Below, in pieces: positions 23,976 to 36,156 of a DNA stretch of 64,000 nucleotides. Both the position numbers and the translations under genes were made by a program. The first letter of the stretch is position 1. Each line of letters opens with the position of its first letter. The stretch spans positions 116,810,001 through 116,874,000 of the forward strand of contig NC_087437.1 of the NCBI RefSeq assembly GCF_036321535.1, written 5' to 3'. Under the pieces are notes generated by a model. The model made no database searches. It was not told the origin of the DNA and saw nothing but the letters and a program-made list of their open reading frames with translations. Source of the DNA: Camelus dromedarius. Its lineage: Eukaryota.

Positions 23976-24684
23976 TGGGGGTCCAGGTGTCCTGCCAGCT
24001 CAGTGTACTGATCTGCTGTTGAGATGTGGTCCCTAGAAGCCAAGTGGGATGGATGTCATCCCAGGAGACAGACGCCCACTACAAAGCTCTAGGGCGTCTG
24101 TGGATGCCACCCGCCACACGCGCATCCTCTAACCTGCCTCCACGTGGGCTGTGAGCTAACCCTCCGCATATCTGGGCCGCTCTCATCAACACTGATCCCA
24201 AACCCATCCCTTCTCTCCGGCGACTGGTCCCCCTGATCCAAACTGCTGTAGTCTCTCCCCAGGGCAATGGTAGCAGCCCCTCAAACCTGCCTCTTGCTTC
24301 CGCTCATGGCCCCCTACACCCCTGCTCCATGCAGCAGCCAGAGTGTGTCCCCAAAAGGCACATTCACTGTGTCATTCCTTGCTTAGAAACTGCCAGTGGC
24401 TTCTCACCACACATAGTGAAAGTCAGTGGGTTCTAGTGGCCTCAACGCCCCGTGATGTGGCCAGCCCCATCCCATGCCGCCCCCTAACTCGCCCCCTCCA
24501 GGCCCAAGACTTGCTTTCTGTTCCTCAAATGACACTCATTCCTGCATTAGACCTTTGTCCCCATCTGTTCCCTCTGAGCTGAAACTGTCCCCAGCAGCTG
24601 TCCCCGGCCTGTGGTGAAGTGCAGACCCTCTGCATCATCCAGCCACCATCCTTCAGGGGTCTCCTTCCTGCAGAGGCTGGGTGC

Positions 24685-25089
24685 TAGGGGCCAAGGTATG
24701 TCCCCCAAAGTCATATGTGGGAGTCCTGACCTCTCAAAATGTGACCTGGTTTGGGAAGACTGTCTTTGTCAATGTCATCAGTTAAGATGAGGTCATTAGG
24801 GTGGGTCCTAACCCAATATGACAAGTGTCCTTACAAAGGGCAAATTTGGACCCAGAGCCCAGGAGAACGTCACCTGAGAATGAAGGCAGAGACTGGGGTG
24901 ATGCCGGCAAACCACTGGAAGCTGGGGGAGACCTGGAGCAGATCCTTCCTCCCAGCCCTCGGGAGGAACCAACCCCGCTGACCCTGGGTCCCAGATGTCC
25001 AGCCCCAGGTATTGTGAGACAATACATTTCTACTGTCCGAGCCGCCCAGTGTGTGGTGCTTTGTCACGGCAGCCCAAGGAACTGATACA
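24685..25089 (+). mobile_element. ERVL-MaLR solo LTR (MLT1B/C-like)
   Basis: agttaagatgaggtcattagggtgggtcctaacccaatatgac...gcagcccaaggaactgataca. Confidence 0.85.
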
Positions 25090-25870
25090 CTGGGGAAGCC
25101 AACAGCCCCCTTTCCCACCCCCAGTGGCTGGGACTCTGGGAGAAGTGGGTCCCACAGACCCGTGCACTTGCAGGAGATGGGGAGGGTGATGAGGGGGCAG
25201 GCGCGTCCGGTGGCTCAGTGGCAGCAGCACGGGCCGGGGGTGACTGTCCTGCCCAGCCTCTGAGGCTTCTCTGCGGGAACAGTGGCTGGACTCCACTTTG
25301 TGGGGGTCCAGGGGCCTTTCCAGGAGCCTCTGGGTGCCTGCATCCAGCCTCCAGCACCTTCCTGAGCCAGGCTCCCATCACCAGCTGCCAGGTCCCCACT
25401 TCCCTGACAGCAGCAGTGGGTACAGCTGCCTGCAGGCCATCTGGGCTACCTGGGCCTTCAAAGGGTTCTGAAAGCACCTGCTCCCCTGCACTCAATCCTG
25501 CTCTGCTTCCCATGGCCAGAACGGCTGCCTTTCTGGAACGGAACACCAACCTATAGCATCCACTTCGACGCAAACATCGCTCTTCTCAGAGACACTGTCC
25601 GAGCTCATCTCCACTCCTGCTGAGTCTCCTTCGCACCCTCGCTGGCATCTAAATGCTGGAGTGTTTACTGTCGGAATGGGGGCCTCTGCGGAGCCACCAG
25701 TCAGTCTCGCTGCCCCACGTCCCCGGGGCCGGGCTGGCAGGGGCCCTCGCTGGGCATTCATGGAAGAAAGGACGGAAGGTGGCACAAGATGCCGCCTCAG
25801 GAGGCACGCTGTCGGCAGAAGGATTGCTTTGAGCTGCTTATTGTTGAGAAACTACAGATAGAGGAGCAGC

Positions 25871-26295
25871 TGTGAAAACAGAGCAGAAGTTGTTCTTTTA
25901 TAAGGAAAATTTCCATTTATAAAGAAAATCTCCATTTATAAGGGGATCTCTCTCTACATCGGGAAGAGAAGGAAGACTCTAAACTGCAAGAAACTTTATC
26001 AAGGGAGAAAGCCTGACTTGAATCTATAGAACAAGCTCACCCTTTCCCTGAGCTCGTCCCATCGCCTCCCACAACTGGCCTCTCTCCCCAGCAGCATCTT
26101 TCTTCCGTCTTTGGCTGAAGATGGTACTGAAGGTGGGGGCTTGGCCATCTCGGGGGGCTTACGCACTTTCCCTGGTATCTCCCATGTGCCCAGGAGGGGT
26201 GTGTGGTAAAACCCTCCTGTTCCTTTTTCTCTTGTTCATCTCTCATTACAGTGGGTCTCAGGCAAGACCTCTGGAGGGTAGAGGGGAAATTATAG
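25871..26295 (+). mobile_element. ERV1-type LTR (MER34-like)
   Basis: Starts with TG. Motifs gctgaagatggtactgaagg, ccctggtatctcccatg and gagggtagaggggaaatt resemble the recalled MER34 family. Confidence 0.5.
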
Positions 26296-26516
26296 GAGGG
26301 AAAGAAGGAAGGTCTAAGTCCAGCTTCTCCTTTAAGAAACTTCCAAAGGCATTTTCAGAACGCTTGAAATAGTTGAAAATAGGGCCCTGTAGGTTATAGG
26401 TTAAATAAACTATGCTTAAAAAGATTGTAGCCACTATCTTTTCTCTTCTGCTTTTAAATGTCATGTTTTGCCATTTCAAATAAGAAACAGAAAAGTGAGA
26501 AAGTTTGCTTCTCTTT

Positions 26517-27479
26517 AAAAATTCATAGGTGTAAGGGAGTGTTCTAGCTTCATTGCTTTACATGCGGCTGTCCAGTTTTCCCAACACCATTTGCTGAAGA
26601 GACTGTCTTTATTCCATTGTATATTCTTGCCTCCTTTGTCAAAGATGAGTTGACCAAACGTTTGTGGTTCATTTCTGGGCTCTCTATTCTGTTCCATTGG
26701 TCTACACGTCTTTTTTTGTACCAATACCATGCTGTCTTGATGACTGTAGTATTACCTGAATTCTGGCAGTTTGGTGCAGCCACTGTGGAAAACAGTATGG
26801 AGATTCCTCAAAAGACTAGGAATAGACTTACCATATGACCCAGGAATTCTGCTCCTGGGCATCTATCCAGAAGGAACCCTACTTCAGGATGACACCTGCA
26901 CCCCAATGTTCATAGCAGCACTATTTACAATAGCCAAGACATGGAAACAGCCTAAATGTCCATCAACGGATGACTGGATAAAGAAGATGTGGTATATTTA
27001 TATAATGGAATACTACTCAGACATAAAAACTGACAATATAACGTCATTTGCAGCAACATGGATGCTCCTGGAGAATGTCATTCTAAGTGAAGTAAGCCAG
27101 AAAGAGAAAGAAAAATACCATATGAGATTGCTCATATGTGGAATCTAAAAAAAACAAACAAAAAAAACCAAACAAATCATAAATACAAAACAGAAACAGA
27201 ACCATAGACATAGAATACAAACTTGTGGTTGCCAAGGGGGCGGAGTGTGGGAAGGGATAGACAGGATTTCAAAATTGTAGAATAGATAAACAAGATTATA
27301 CTGTATAGCACAGGGAAATGTACACAAGATCTTATGGTAGCTCACAGAGAAAAAAATGTGACAATGAATATATATATATATGTTCATGTATAACTGAAAA
27401 AATTGTGCTCTACACTGGAATTTGACACAACATTGTAAAATGATTATAAATCAAAAAAATTATTAAAAAAATTCATAGG
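26517..27479 (+). mobile_element. Young camelid L1 with 5' inversion: inverted ~26530-26753, sense ~26766-27466
   Basis: Minus ORFs are L1 ORF2 ([10 protein letters not shown]..., FGQLIFDKG...SKWCWENW). Plus ORF 26771-27148 is the ORF2 C-terminus ([11 protein letters not shown]...WKQPKCPS). Perfect 13-bp TSD aaaaattcatagg at 26517-26529 and 27467-27479, at a TT/AAAA site. Confidence 0.95.
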
Positions 27480-27724
27480 AACAAAGGAGACCCTTGAAGA
27501 ATCAATGGTTCAAGGGTAGGAATTTGACATGTGGGGTACTGAAGTCCCTACCGGGGTCACTCACAGCACACTCACACACCCCTCGCTCTGTCCCCCCCTG
27601 CACAGCAGCCCTGCCCCTCTGGCAAACTGAGCAGCCTCACCTGGAATATTACATTTTTATTAACAACACAATTGGGACTTTTGACGTGATGCTCAGGTTC
27701 CCTCTGAACCAGGGTGAGCACATT

Positions 27725-27895
27725 AGGGCCCACCTGTTTTTGTAAGTAAAGTTTTATTGGAACACAACCAAGTCCATTTGCTGACACATCGTCTATGGCT
27801 GTTTTCCAGAGGTAAGCAGTTGGGTCAAAGACGCTATGACCACAATGCTTAAAATATGTACTGTCTGGCCCTTTAGAAAATGTTTGTGGATTCCT
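27725..27895. mobile_element. MER58A-like (hAT-Charlie)
   Basis: cctgtttttgtaagtaaagttttattggaacaca...tactgtctggccctttagaaaatgtttg. Confidence 0.8.
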
Positions 27896-29864
27896 ATTCT
27901 CAACAACTCCCACTGGACAAATGGCCTCTGGTCCTGCTGTGGCCTGTGGGCGTGGGGGAGGCCAGTTGTGCACACCAGCATCCCACCCCCCTCCTTGCTG
28001 GGGAGAAGGGCACCCGCCCTTCCCAGCCCCATGTGACCCGTTCTGGCCCATGAAAAGCGAACAGAAGTGGATACATGTCACTTCCAGGCTGAGGCGGTGA
28101 CCAGCCCTGTAAAATGCCCCACTCTTTTCCTTCCCCTGTCATGGCAACAACAAAATTTCAGAGTGGAGCCCGGGACCCTGAGTGATAGGATAGCAGAGTC
28201 CCCACCGCTGCTGACCTCAGGTGGGCTTATAATGAGCAAGAAATAAACAAAACCTCTAATGCCAATGAGATTTGGGGATTGTTTATCACAGCAGCAAAAG
28301 CCTAGCTTGTCCTGACTGTTACACTGGTCTTTGGGGTAAATAATTTATTTGCATTTTTCAACACTTAAGAGGGTACATTTACTCAAAATCTCAGATGGGC
28401 ATTTATGAACTTACCTAGAGAACAAGTAAGATCAGCAGTTATTTTGGTTTTTTCCTAGCAAAGACAGCAATTCATTAGTACCTCTAAGCATAGTCACCAT
28501 TTCCCAAGGCTCTGGCCTCTCCTGCAGGCCGCTGGGCTGATAAGAGCCACAGGTGGATACCTATTACCATTACGCCAGCTTCTACTAATAATAACTCTGC
28601 AGTGAGAACATTTGATATATGCTAGGCACTGTGGCAGCGCCCTATTGAATGTGAACTACGCCCTGTGGGGTGGAGATTAATCTGACCCACTTCACGGGTG
28701 AGGAGCCGTAGGCTTAGAGAGGGTAAGGAACTTGCTCAAGGTCACCCATGGCTGTCGAGTGATAGGACTTGGGCATAATCCAGGTGCCTTCTGCGGAGTC
28801 AGGGGTAAGCAGAAAATACAGGATGTGAGGGACTCTTCTGCTCATCGTGGCCTTGCAGAGGGGACAGGCTGAGAGGCACAGGGGCGGCCTCTCCCGCGCT
28901 GCAGGAGGGAAGCGGCTGGTTACTTCCGAGCGTCCAGCCGTGGAGGCCGGGGGACGTGTGCGTTAGCCCTGCCTTCCGTCCCATCAGCACCTCAACGCCA
29001 CCCCTTGAGAAGAAAAAAACAGTATTATTTGATGTAGAGTTGAGGTTTTTCATCTTTGAAAATGTGGATAAAAGCTTCTTGCTCCTTTTATTGATCTGAA
29101 ACAGACATTTAAGGACGAGGGTGCAAACCTGATGTACAAACTCAGCCTTCTCTTCCCCCAGCCTCTCCTCTGGGGACATTCTGGAACCTGTGCTGCTGCC
29201 CGGCCCGCCTGTGACCACACCTGAACCACAGCACAGGTGAAGGGGCAGCGCTGAGGGGCACATCCTTCCAGTCACGAGCAACCCCGTGCTCCTCCTCATT
29301 TCTGGGGCAGAAATCTCTCTGGCATTTGACTTCATAACCACCATCTTTCCTAAGATATACAGTCATTTTTCACGTTTCAGCGATTTTGTTTTGGTTTTGA
29401 GATTTTGAGGGGATGTTTCGTAACATTGCTGAATAACAAAGATGTTCTGTTAGCTATCAGGTCCTCTACAGGAGATCTCCACCCTGGGAAGACAGAGTGA
29501 ACGCAGCTGGGACATCTCTGGTCGTGAGCTGGAATGGCGGGATCTCTCCCATCCCAAGGTGACCAAACCAGGAATCAAGGGACGGCTCTTACTTCTCCTT
29601 AAAGCATTGTAGTCCAGATGCGGTCACTTTGGGGACCACAATTCTCAGCACTCTGCTTTGTTTTGTGATTATCAAAATACCTGCCTGAGTCCTGGCTGGG
29701 TCATGAGGCCCTTCAGCGTCTAGGCCCCATGTCCTGACGCTACATGAGAGTGGCTCTGGACCAGAGCAGAGAACGTCAGGAGACACTGAGGTGTCTGAGA
29801 GATCCAAGGGCCCGCTGAAGGTCCACAGCTGCCTCCTTCTTGCAGAGAGACAAAGCCCCCAGCT

Positions 29865-30168
29865 CAGAGGTTCTCAATCAAGGCAATTTTGCTCCCCGCC
29901 CCAGGGGCGTGTGGCCATGTCTGGAAAAGGATGAGCAAGCAAAAAGCAAGGAGGTAACGCGGAAGGTCCTCTTTCAGATCCTGCAAAGCCTGGGCACCTC
30001 ACCCGCCTGCCCTCGTCCCGACCCTGCCCTGGAGACACTCCCCATTGGCACCCCTGGGGGAGGGTCGGCTGCTGGCCACCCAGCACCCTACAATGCCCAG
30101 GGCAGCCCCCAGCCAGGCAAAGATTGATCCGGCCCAGAATGCCAGCAGCGCCGGGGCTGAGAACCCTG
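29865..30168. mobile_element. MER20 with a ~100-bp internal insert
   Basis: Ends cagaggttctcaa... and ...gctgagaaccctg. The segment ~29927-30030 does not resemble MER20. Confidence 0.65.
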
Positions 30169-30339
30169 GGCTAGCTTAGTGTATTTAATAAAGAAATGAG
30201 AGCCACGGTTGATTCTGGAATTCTAAACCCTTAGGAGAGCCAACGCCAGCTTCCACCCCACTGTAATTACCCAGAGTGAGTTAGCAATCTGAGCCTCCCT
30301 GTAAAACAAACTAGCCCTCTAATTGTTGTGGTTGAACAG

Positions 30340-30560
30340 GCTCAGACCTCGGGCTGAGCCGGGGAGAAGGAGGGAGGGGCCCGCGGGAGGCAGACGGGGC
30401 CACCTCCGCAGGGAGCAAGCGGAGAGGCGGGGCAGGTGCGGCTGGGCCCGGCCCTAGGCTCCCGTCGGGTTCACAGAGAATGCAGCCTCCAAGGCCGTCC
30501 GTGAGCACGACGTCACGCTCGGGAGAAAACACGGGAAGCTGAGCGGGGATTTAAACACGC
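30340..30560. promoter_or_regulatory. Small CpG-rich element with GC box and CRE-like site
   Basis: Dense CpG, aggcgggg, and gACGTCA at ~30509-30515. Confidence 0.4.
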
Positions 30561-33094
30561 CTAGTCATGCACTGAAAGTGTCAGCCCAGTGTTAGTTTAT
30601 CCCAATAAAAACTCAGCAACACATCACCACGATACTACCTGCAGTAATTGTCCCTTTTGGTTGATGAGCAAACTGAGGTTTAGGGAGGTTTAGTGACCCG
30701 CACGAGGTCATACAACCAAAAGCGACAGCCCCGGGCAGCCCAAGGTCTGCTTTCTGGACCACCAACCCGTCTACACGCCTACTTCAAAACCAGTGGGGAA
30801 GAAGGGTAGCATCTACTTGTCTGTCACAAACCCTTTCTTCCTGGGAGACCAGGGGAAGCTTTCATCTGACTTAATACTGACTTCTTCACAGAGCGGGCTT
30901 CACGTGAGGTCAGCCTTGACCTTGACTCACATGGGCGGGAATTGCAGGACGGAGCCTTGGAACAGCCCTTAACAGACAGGCCATGCGTCCAGACCTGGAG
31001 GTTCCTGGCTGGGGCCAGGGATGAATGAGGGTACCAAGGATTCCATTTCATCTGAACCGAAGAGGCTGTGTCAGTTTCAGCAGCGTCTTTCCCTTAAATC
31101 GTGCTCACTAATGTCCTTCTGTGTCTCCCTTGGAGGCTGAGTGGGAAACGGGATCAAAGATCTGATCTTGGATTTTTGTGTCACTTACTCTCCCAGTTCT
31201 TAATTCGTTCCTCTCAGTAGTTTTGCCATAGTCTCTCCTTCGGCCTGTAGAACAGGAGCTGGATTGGCCCAAGCCTGCTTCAGACAGAAATGAAGAAGCA
31301 GTGTTAGACGGTCAAGATTCCGTCTTGCCCAGGGGCGTCCTTGGTCACCGTAAAAGTGCCACTGACGGCTCCTATGCCCATTTTGTGGACACAGAAACGA
31401 AAGCCACTCTCTAGACAGTGTCCTGCACTCTCTTTACCTGTAACCCCACCCCAGCCCACCCTGAGACTCACGCAGCACAGGGCTCACAGGGCTGACGTTA
31501 ACCTTTGGAGAACGTGCTTTGTGTCCGGGCTGGGCCACAGAAAGTTTCCGTGTACACTGAGAAAGTGAAATGAACGGTGTCAGCTCCATCCCAGGTATTG
31601 CTCACCTGGGGGGCGCTCGCCCTACAAAAGGAGGCGTGGCAAAGAGGTGAGCACATCCATTGGACCTGGATTGCTGGGGTTAAGTCCCAGCTCCACCACT
31701 TAGACATGCGTGACCTCGGGCCAGGTCCTCCTCAGGGAAGTGCCTCAGCGTCTGCTTCTGTCCAAAGGGGACAATAACCAAGCCAGCTCCTGGGATGGTC
31801 ACGGGGATCTGACGGGTCAGCAGATGTGAAACGCTCAGCCTGGTGCTGGCCAAGGGGACTGTCAGAAATGGGCTGCTATGGCTCATCTGCATGGTAACCC
31901 TGGAAGTGGGTGTTTGGGGACCTCATCACAGAGGAGGAAGCAGAGACTCAGAAAACGTACGTGACTCACTGAAGATCATACAGCTAGTGAGTGGCAGATG
32001 CATGTCACCCCAAAACCAAACTCACTTCCTGAATTCAGCCAGTGAGGGGCTCAGCACAGGCAGGACCAGCTGGGAGGAGAGGCTCCCCTTGCTCTTGGCG
32101 GCTGTACAAAAAAAATGCATTTTTGTTGTGGCTCTCATTTCAGTCTGATGGAAATGATGTAATGCAAGGCAGCACCTCTGCTTTTTTTTAAGCAAAAACC
32201 TAAAGCATGAGGACCCAGCACTGCCTTGCAGTGGGCGTGCAAATGCATTTGTGGGCTTGATTTGAAAGCTCTCACTGCAAGGGCTGGAACTCTATTAAAT
32301 TCCCCATTGAAATACTGGAGTCAGGGATGTCTTTAGAGAGAAATATGGGGAGAGATTCCATTGGTTGCCGGTTCCTTTGTCACCCTTATGTCTGGTGGTG
32401 TCACTCCATCTGAATCCGCCCTCACAGACAAGTGGGTCCAAGGCCACCTACCCTGTGGTCAAGGGCAAGGGGAGGGTCTGACATCAGGAGTCGGGGAAGG
32501 AGCCTGGGGAGGCAAAATGAACATCCCCTCCAAGGGGACGGACTGGCCTTCCTCTGGACCCAAGACTCACTAGCCTCTTCTCCCGCTGAACCCCCTAATC
32601 TCCCCACGGATACCTGCCCACACCCCTTTATGGCCCATTCTCCATCTTCCTAGAATTGCCTAGATTGCTGGGCTGTTCTCATCATGGCTAAGAGAGTATG
32701 TGACGTGCTAACTCAGCCTGGGACAAGTGAGTGATTGAAAAGAAGGAAGGAAGGAAGGATGATCTGCTCTGACATCCTTCTGCTCAAACAATAGAAAGTC
32801 ATTGTTTGCATCATGCTGCTGTCACCAAGCCCTCTTTTCTGTCCTCAACTCCAGGAAGCCAGACCTCAGCTGAATCCTGACTTCACACATAGGTTTTTTA
32901 TGCTTTTGTTGTTCTTGCCAGCCTGGGCACTGGGGTCGCCAGACAAGGACCCAGAGAGAATCAGTGGTTTAGAAGAGCTCAGACCTGGCCAGTCTCAGGC
33001 AGCCATAAGGACAGAGCAGAGGGGGCTGTTCTTTTGGGAACAATGAGGGCAGACACGCGCGCACACCCACACTCAGTGTCCCCGCGGTCCGGCC

Positions 33095-33345
33095 CGCACG
33101 CGAGGCTCCGTTCCTTCCACTTGGTGCATTAGAGCCCGTAGCATCTTAATCATCGTTTCAAATTCCTGTTCTGACGATTCCAGCATCTCTGCCACAGCTG
33201 AGTCAAGTTCTGATGCGTGTTCCCTCTCTTTGAACTCTTTTTTGTCTTTTACTATGCCTTGTAATTTTTTTTTGAAAGCTAGACATGTTGTGTCGGGTAA
33301 AAGGACCCAACACTCATTCCGGAGAGGTTTTTGCTCATGCATATC
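33095..33345 (-). mobile_element. Old L1 (L1MC/MD-type) 5'/ORF1 start fragment
   Basis: The minus translation ...HASELDSAVAEMLESSEQEFETMIKMLRALM resembles the L1M ORF1 N-terminus. Confidence 0.7.
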
Positions 33346-35027
33346 TGCTCCCAGGGTCTCTGGATCTGGTTGTTGATTTGCAGTTGGTTGAGCTTTTCTC
33401 TTGTTCTTTGGGCAGCAGGGATCACTCCAAAGAGCCAAGAAACCGGAAGGCTACCCACTCCTTTCACCCCAACACGTCTTCTGATGTCTGTCTGTGGTGC
33501 TGCCTCTGAGCCTCGGATGAGGCTGTGAACTCCGCCTGGGGGTCCTCTCCCTTCTCTTCCCTCCATTTCTACGTTTCCAACGTCTTTTAAATCTAGCTAA
33601 AGGCTAGTTCCTCTGGCAAAGTCTTCCCTGACTCCCAGTCGGAAATTTCAAACCCCAAGCCCCACCTCCCTATCGGCACAATGGATACGCTGCTCCACGG
33701 AGTCACACTGCCCACTGAGGACTGTCTCTCTTATGAGACTAAAAGCTCCTGGAGCACGGAGAGTGTGGTCCTGGCCATCTTTCTGTCCCCAGAAGAGTGG
33801 ATGCTTAATAAATATTGATCAGACAAATAAATGTGACTTTAAAGTCCCATCCAACAGCCAACTCGTGTCTCATGCACTTCCAAAAATGTACTATCTTAAA
33901 GTTACCAGCATAGCTTTTAGGGAAGCGGCTGTCTCTGTTTAGCAAAATATCTCAGTACAGCTGCTTGGGGTAGAAACTGTGAGTCCGAGGACAAGGGTCA
34001 GTGGAAAAGAGAGAGCTAAAGTGTAGCACTGGGGTTATTTTAGGGTGAGTGGCCATCCCTGAGAGACAGGGCCTGGACTCAGGGCTGACCCAAGAGTGGG
34101 CACTACCCTAGGATGGCTGGTCTGAATATAAAGAGCTTCTCTCTCTCTCTCTTATTTCCATTATTTCTGTCTGGAGCCCAGGTTCTGAGAAGCCTGCAGC
34201 CTCCGATTCCACCTGTAAATCTTCTAGCCAGACTCCCTCCAGTAATCTCATCGTCCAATGCAAGGGAGAACCCCAACATGATCCTCAAGGACATACTACA
34301 ACATTAATTAATTGCCAGGAGACATCCCCAGAGATTGCACAGAAACTCGACAAAAGCAAAACAAACCCAGGTCCAAAAAGCCCTCTACCAGAGGCCGAGG
34401 CGCTGAAGTCAGTTGTCTGCAACACGGCAATTCTGCTTGGGAAAACAAAGAGTCACATAACGCAAGGCTTTTAAAGAAAGCTATTGAATGCTCTCCAGCA
34501 GCCTCAACAACAGAGCCTGGTGGACTAAAAGCCGTAACTGTACCTGCAGGTGTCTATCAAGTTCAGACATCTGACTCGGGTTACCAGGCCCTGGCAAAGC
34601 TGGTAGGCTCGGTATTAGACATAACCATTCTGCTTAATGCTGTTTTCAAAGTCCATGTAATTCATTGCTGGGGTTGGATTTCATGTTTAGGTTGTCTGGC
34701 TTTCTTTGTTCTTAAGAAAACAACCAGCCCACACCAGCGGGCCGACCATTCTTAAGAATCATGAAATCACAGAACGTCAACCCTGGGAGGCAGCTCAGAA
34801 ATCCAGATGCCAGTCCTCTCGTTTTCAGACAAGGTAACTGGGGAAGCAAAGGGGCTCTTGGGCCAGGGGACGGAGGAGTCAAAGGAGGGAAGGGACAGCT
34901 CTTGGCAAAGAACCACATTCCAGAGCTTACACGGAGTGGTGCCACCCAGCTTCGCACCACCTGGACTGAGCACCAGTAACGTCCACTATTTACGTGATTG
35001 TTTTCCAGCTTATAAAGAGCTCTCGAT

Positions 35028-35524
35028 TGGAATCGCTTTTTTTTAATTTTTAAAAACATTTTTCTTGAATTGTAGTCGATTTACAATGTTAATTTCAGGT
35101 GTATGGCAAAATGATTCAGTTATACGTACACATACATATATATTTTTTTCTTTTCAGGTTCCTTTCCATTGTATGTTATTACAAGAAACTGAATGTAGTT
35201 CCCTGTGCTGCACAGTAGCTCCTTGTTGTTTATCTATTTTATATATAGTGACGTCTGTCTGTTAATCCCCAAACCCTAATTTACCCCTCCCCACCCTTTC
35301 CCCTTTGGTAATCATAGTTTGTTTTCTATGTCCATGAGTCTGTTTTTGGTTTGTAAATAGAATTTGTTTTATTTTTCTTTCTAGATTCTACATATAAGTG
35401 ATTTCTTATGACATTTGTCTTTCTCTGTCTGACCTATGTCACTTAGTGTGATCACCTCTAGGTCCATCCATGTTGCTGCAAATAGCTTTATTTCATTCTT
35501 TTTTATGGCTGAGTAATATTCTAT

Positions 35525-35571
<47 letters not shown>

Positions 35572-36156
35572 GCACACACATCTTTATCCATTCATCTGTT
35601 GTTGGACATTTAAGTGTTTCCATGTCTTGGCTATTAAAAGGAGAAATTGACAGTAACACAATAATAGTGAGGGACCTTAACACCCCACTTCCATCATCCA
35701 GACAGAAAATCAATAAGGAAACTCAGGCCTTAAATGACACATTAGAAAATATGGACTTAACTGATATTTACAGAGCATTCCATTGTAAAGCAGCAGAACA
35801 CACATTCTTCTCAAGTGCACACGGAACATTCTCCAGGATAGATCACATGTTGGCTCACACAGCAAGCCTCAGTAAAGTTAAGAAAATTGAAATCATATCA
35901 TGCATCTTTTCCAACCACTATGCTATGAGATTAGAGATCAACTATAAGAAAAATATTACAAAAAACACAAACATGTGGAGGCTGAACAATATGCTACTAA
36001 ACCAATGGATCACTGAAGAAATCAAGGAGGAAATCAAAAAATGCTTAGAGACAAATGAAAATGAATATACAACAATCCACAACCTATGGGACACAGCAAA
36101 AGCAGCTCTCAGAGGGAAGTTTATAGCGATACAAGCTTACCTCTGTAATCTCTTTT
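35028..36156 (-). mobile_element. L1 with 5' inversion: antisense 3' end (~35041-35635) joined to an inverted endonuclease-domain fragment (~35636-36142)
   Basis: The plus ORF 35622-36158 encodes L1 EN motifs ([34 protein letters not shown]). Candidate TSD tggaatcgctttt / tgtaatctctttt. Contains (TA)n at ~35528-35566. Confidence 0.88.

Noticed and set aside
26771..27148. 125-aa ORF as a gene
   Set aside because: It is the L1 ORF2 C-terminus inside a truncated insertion.
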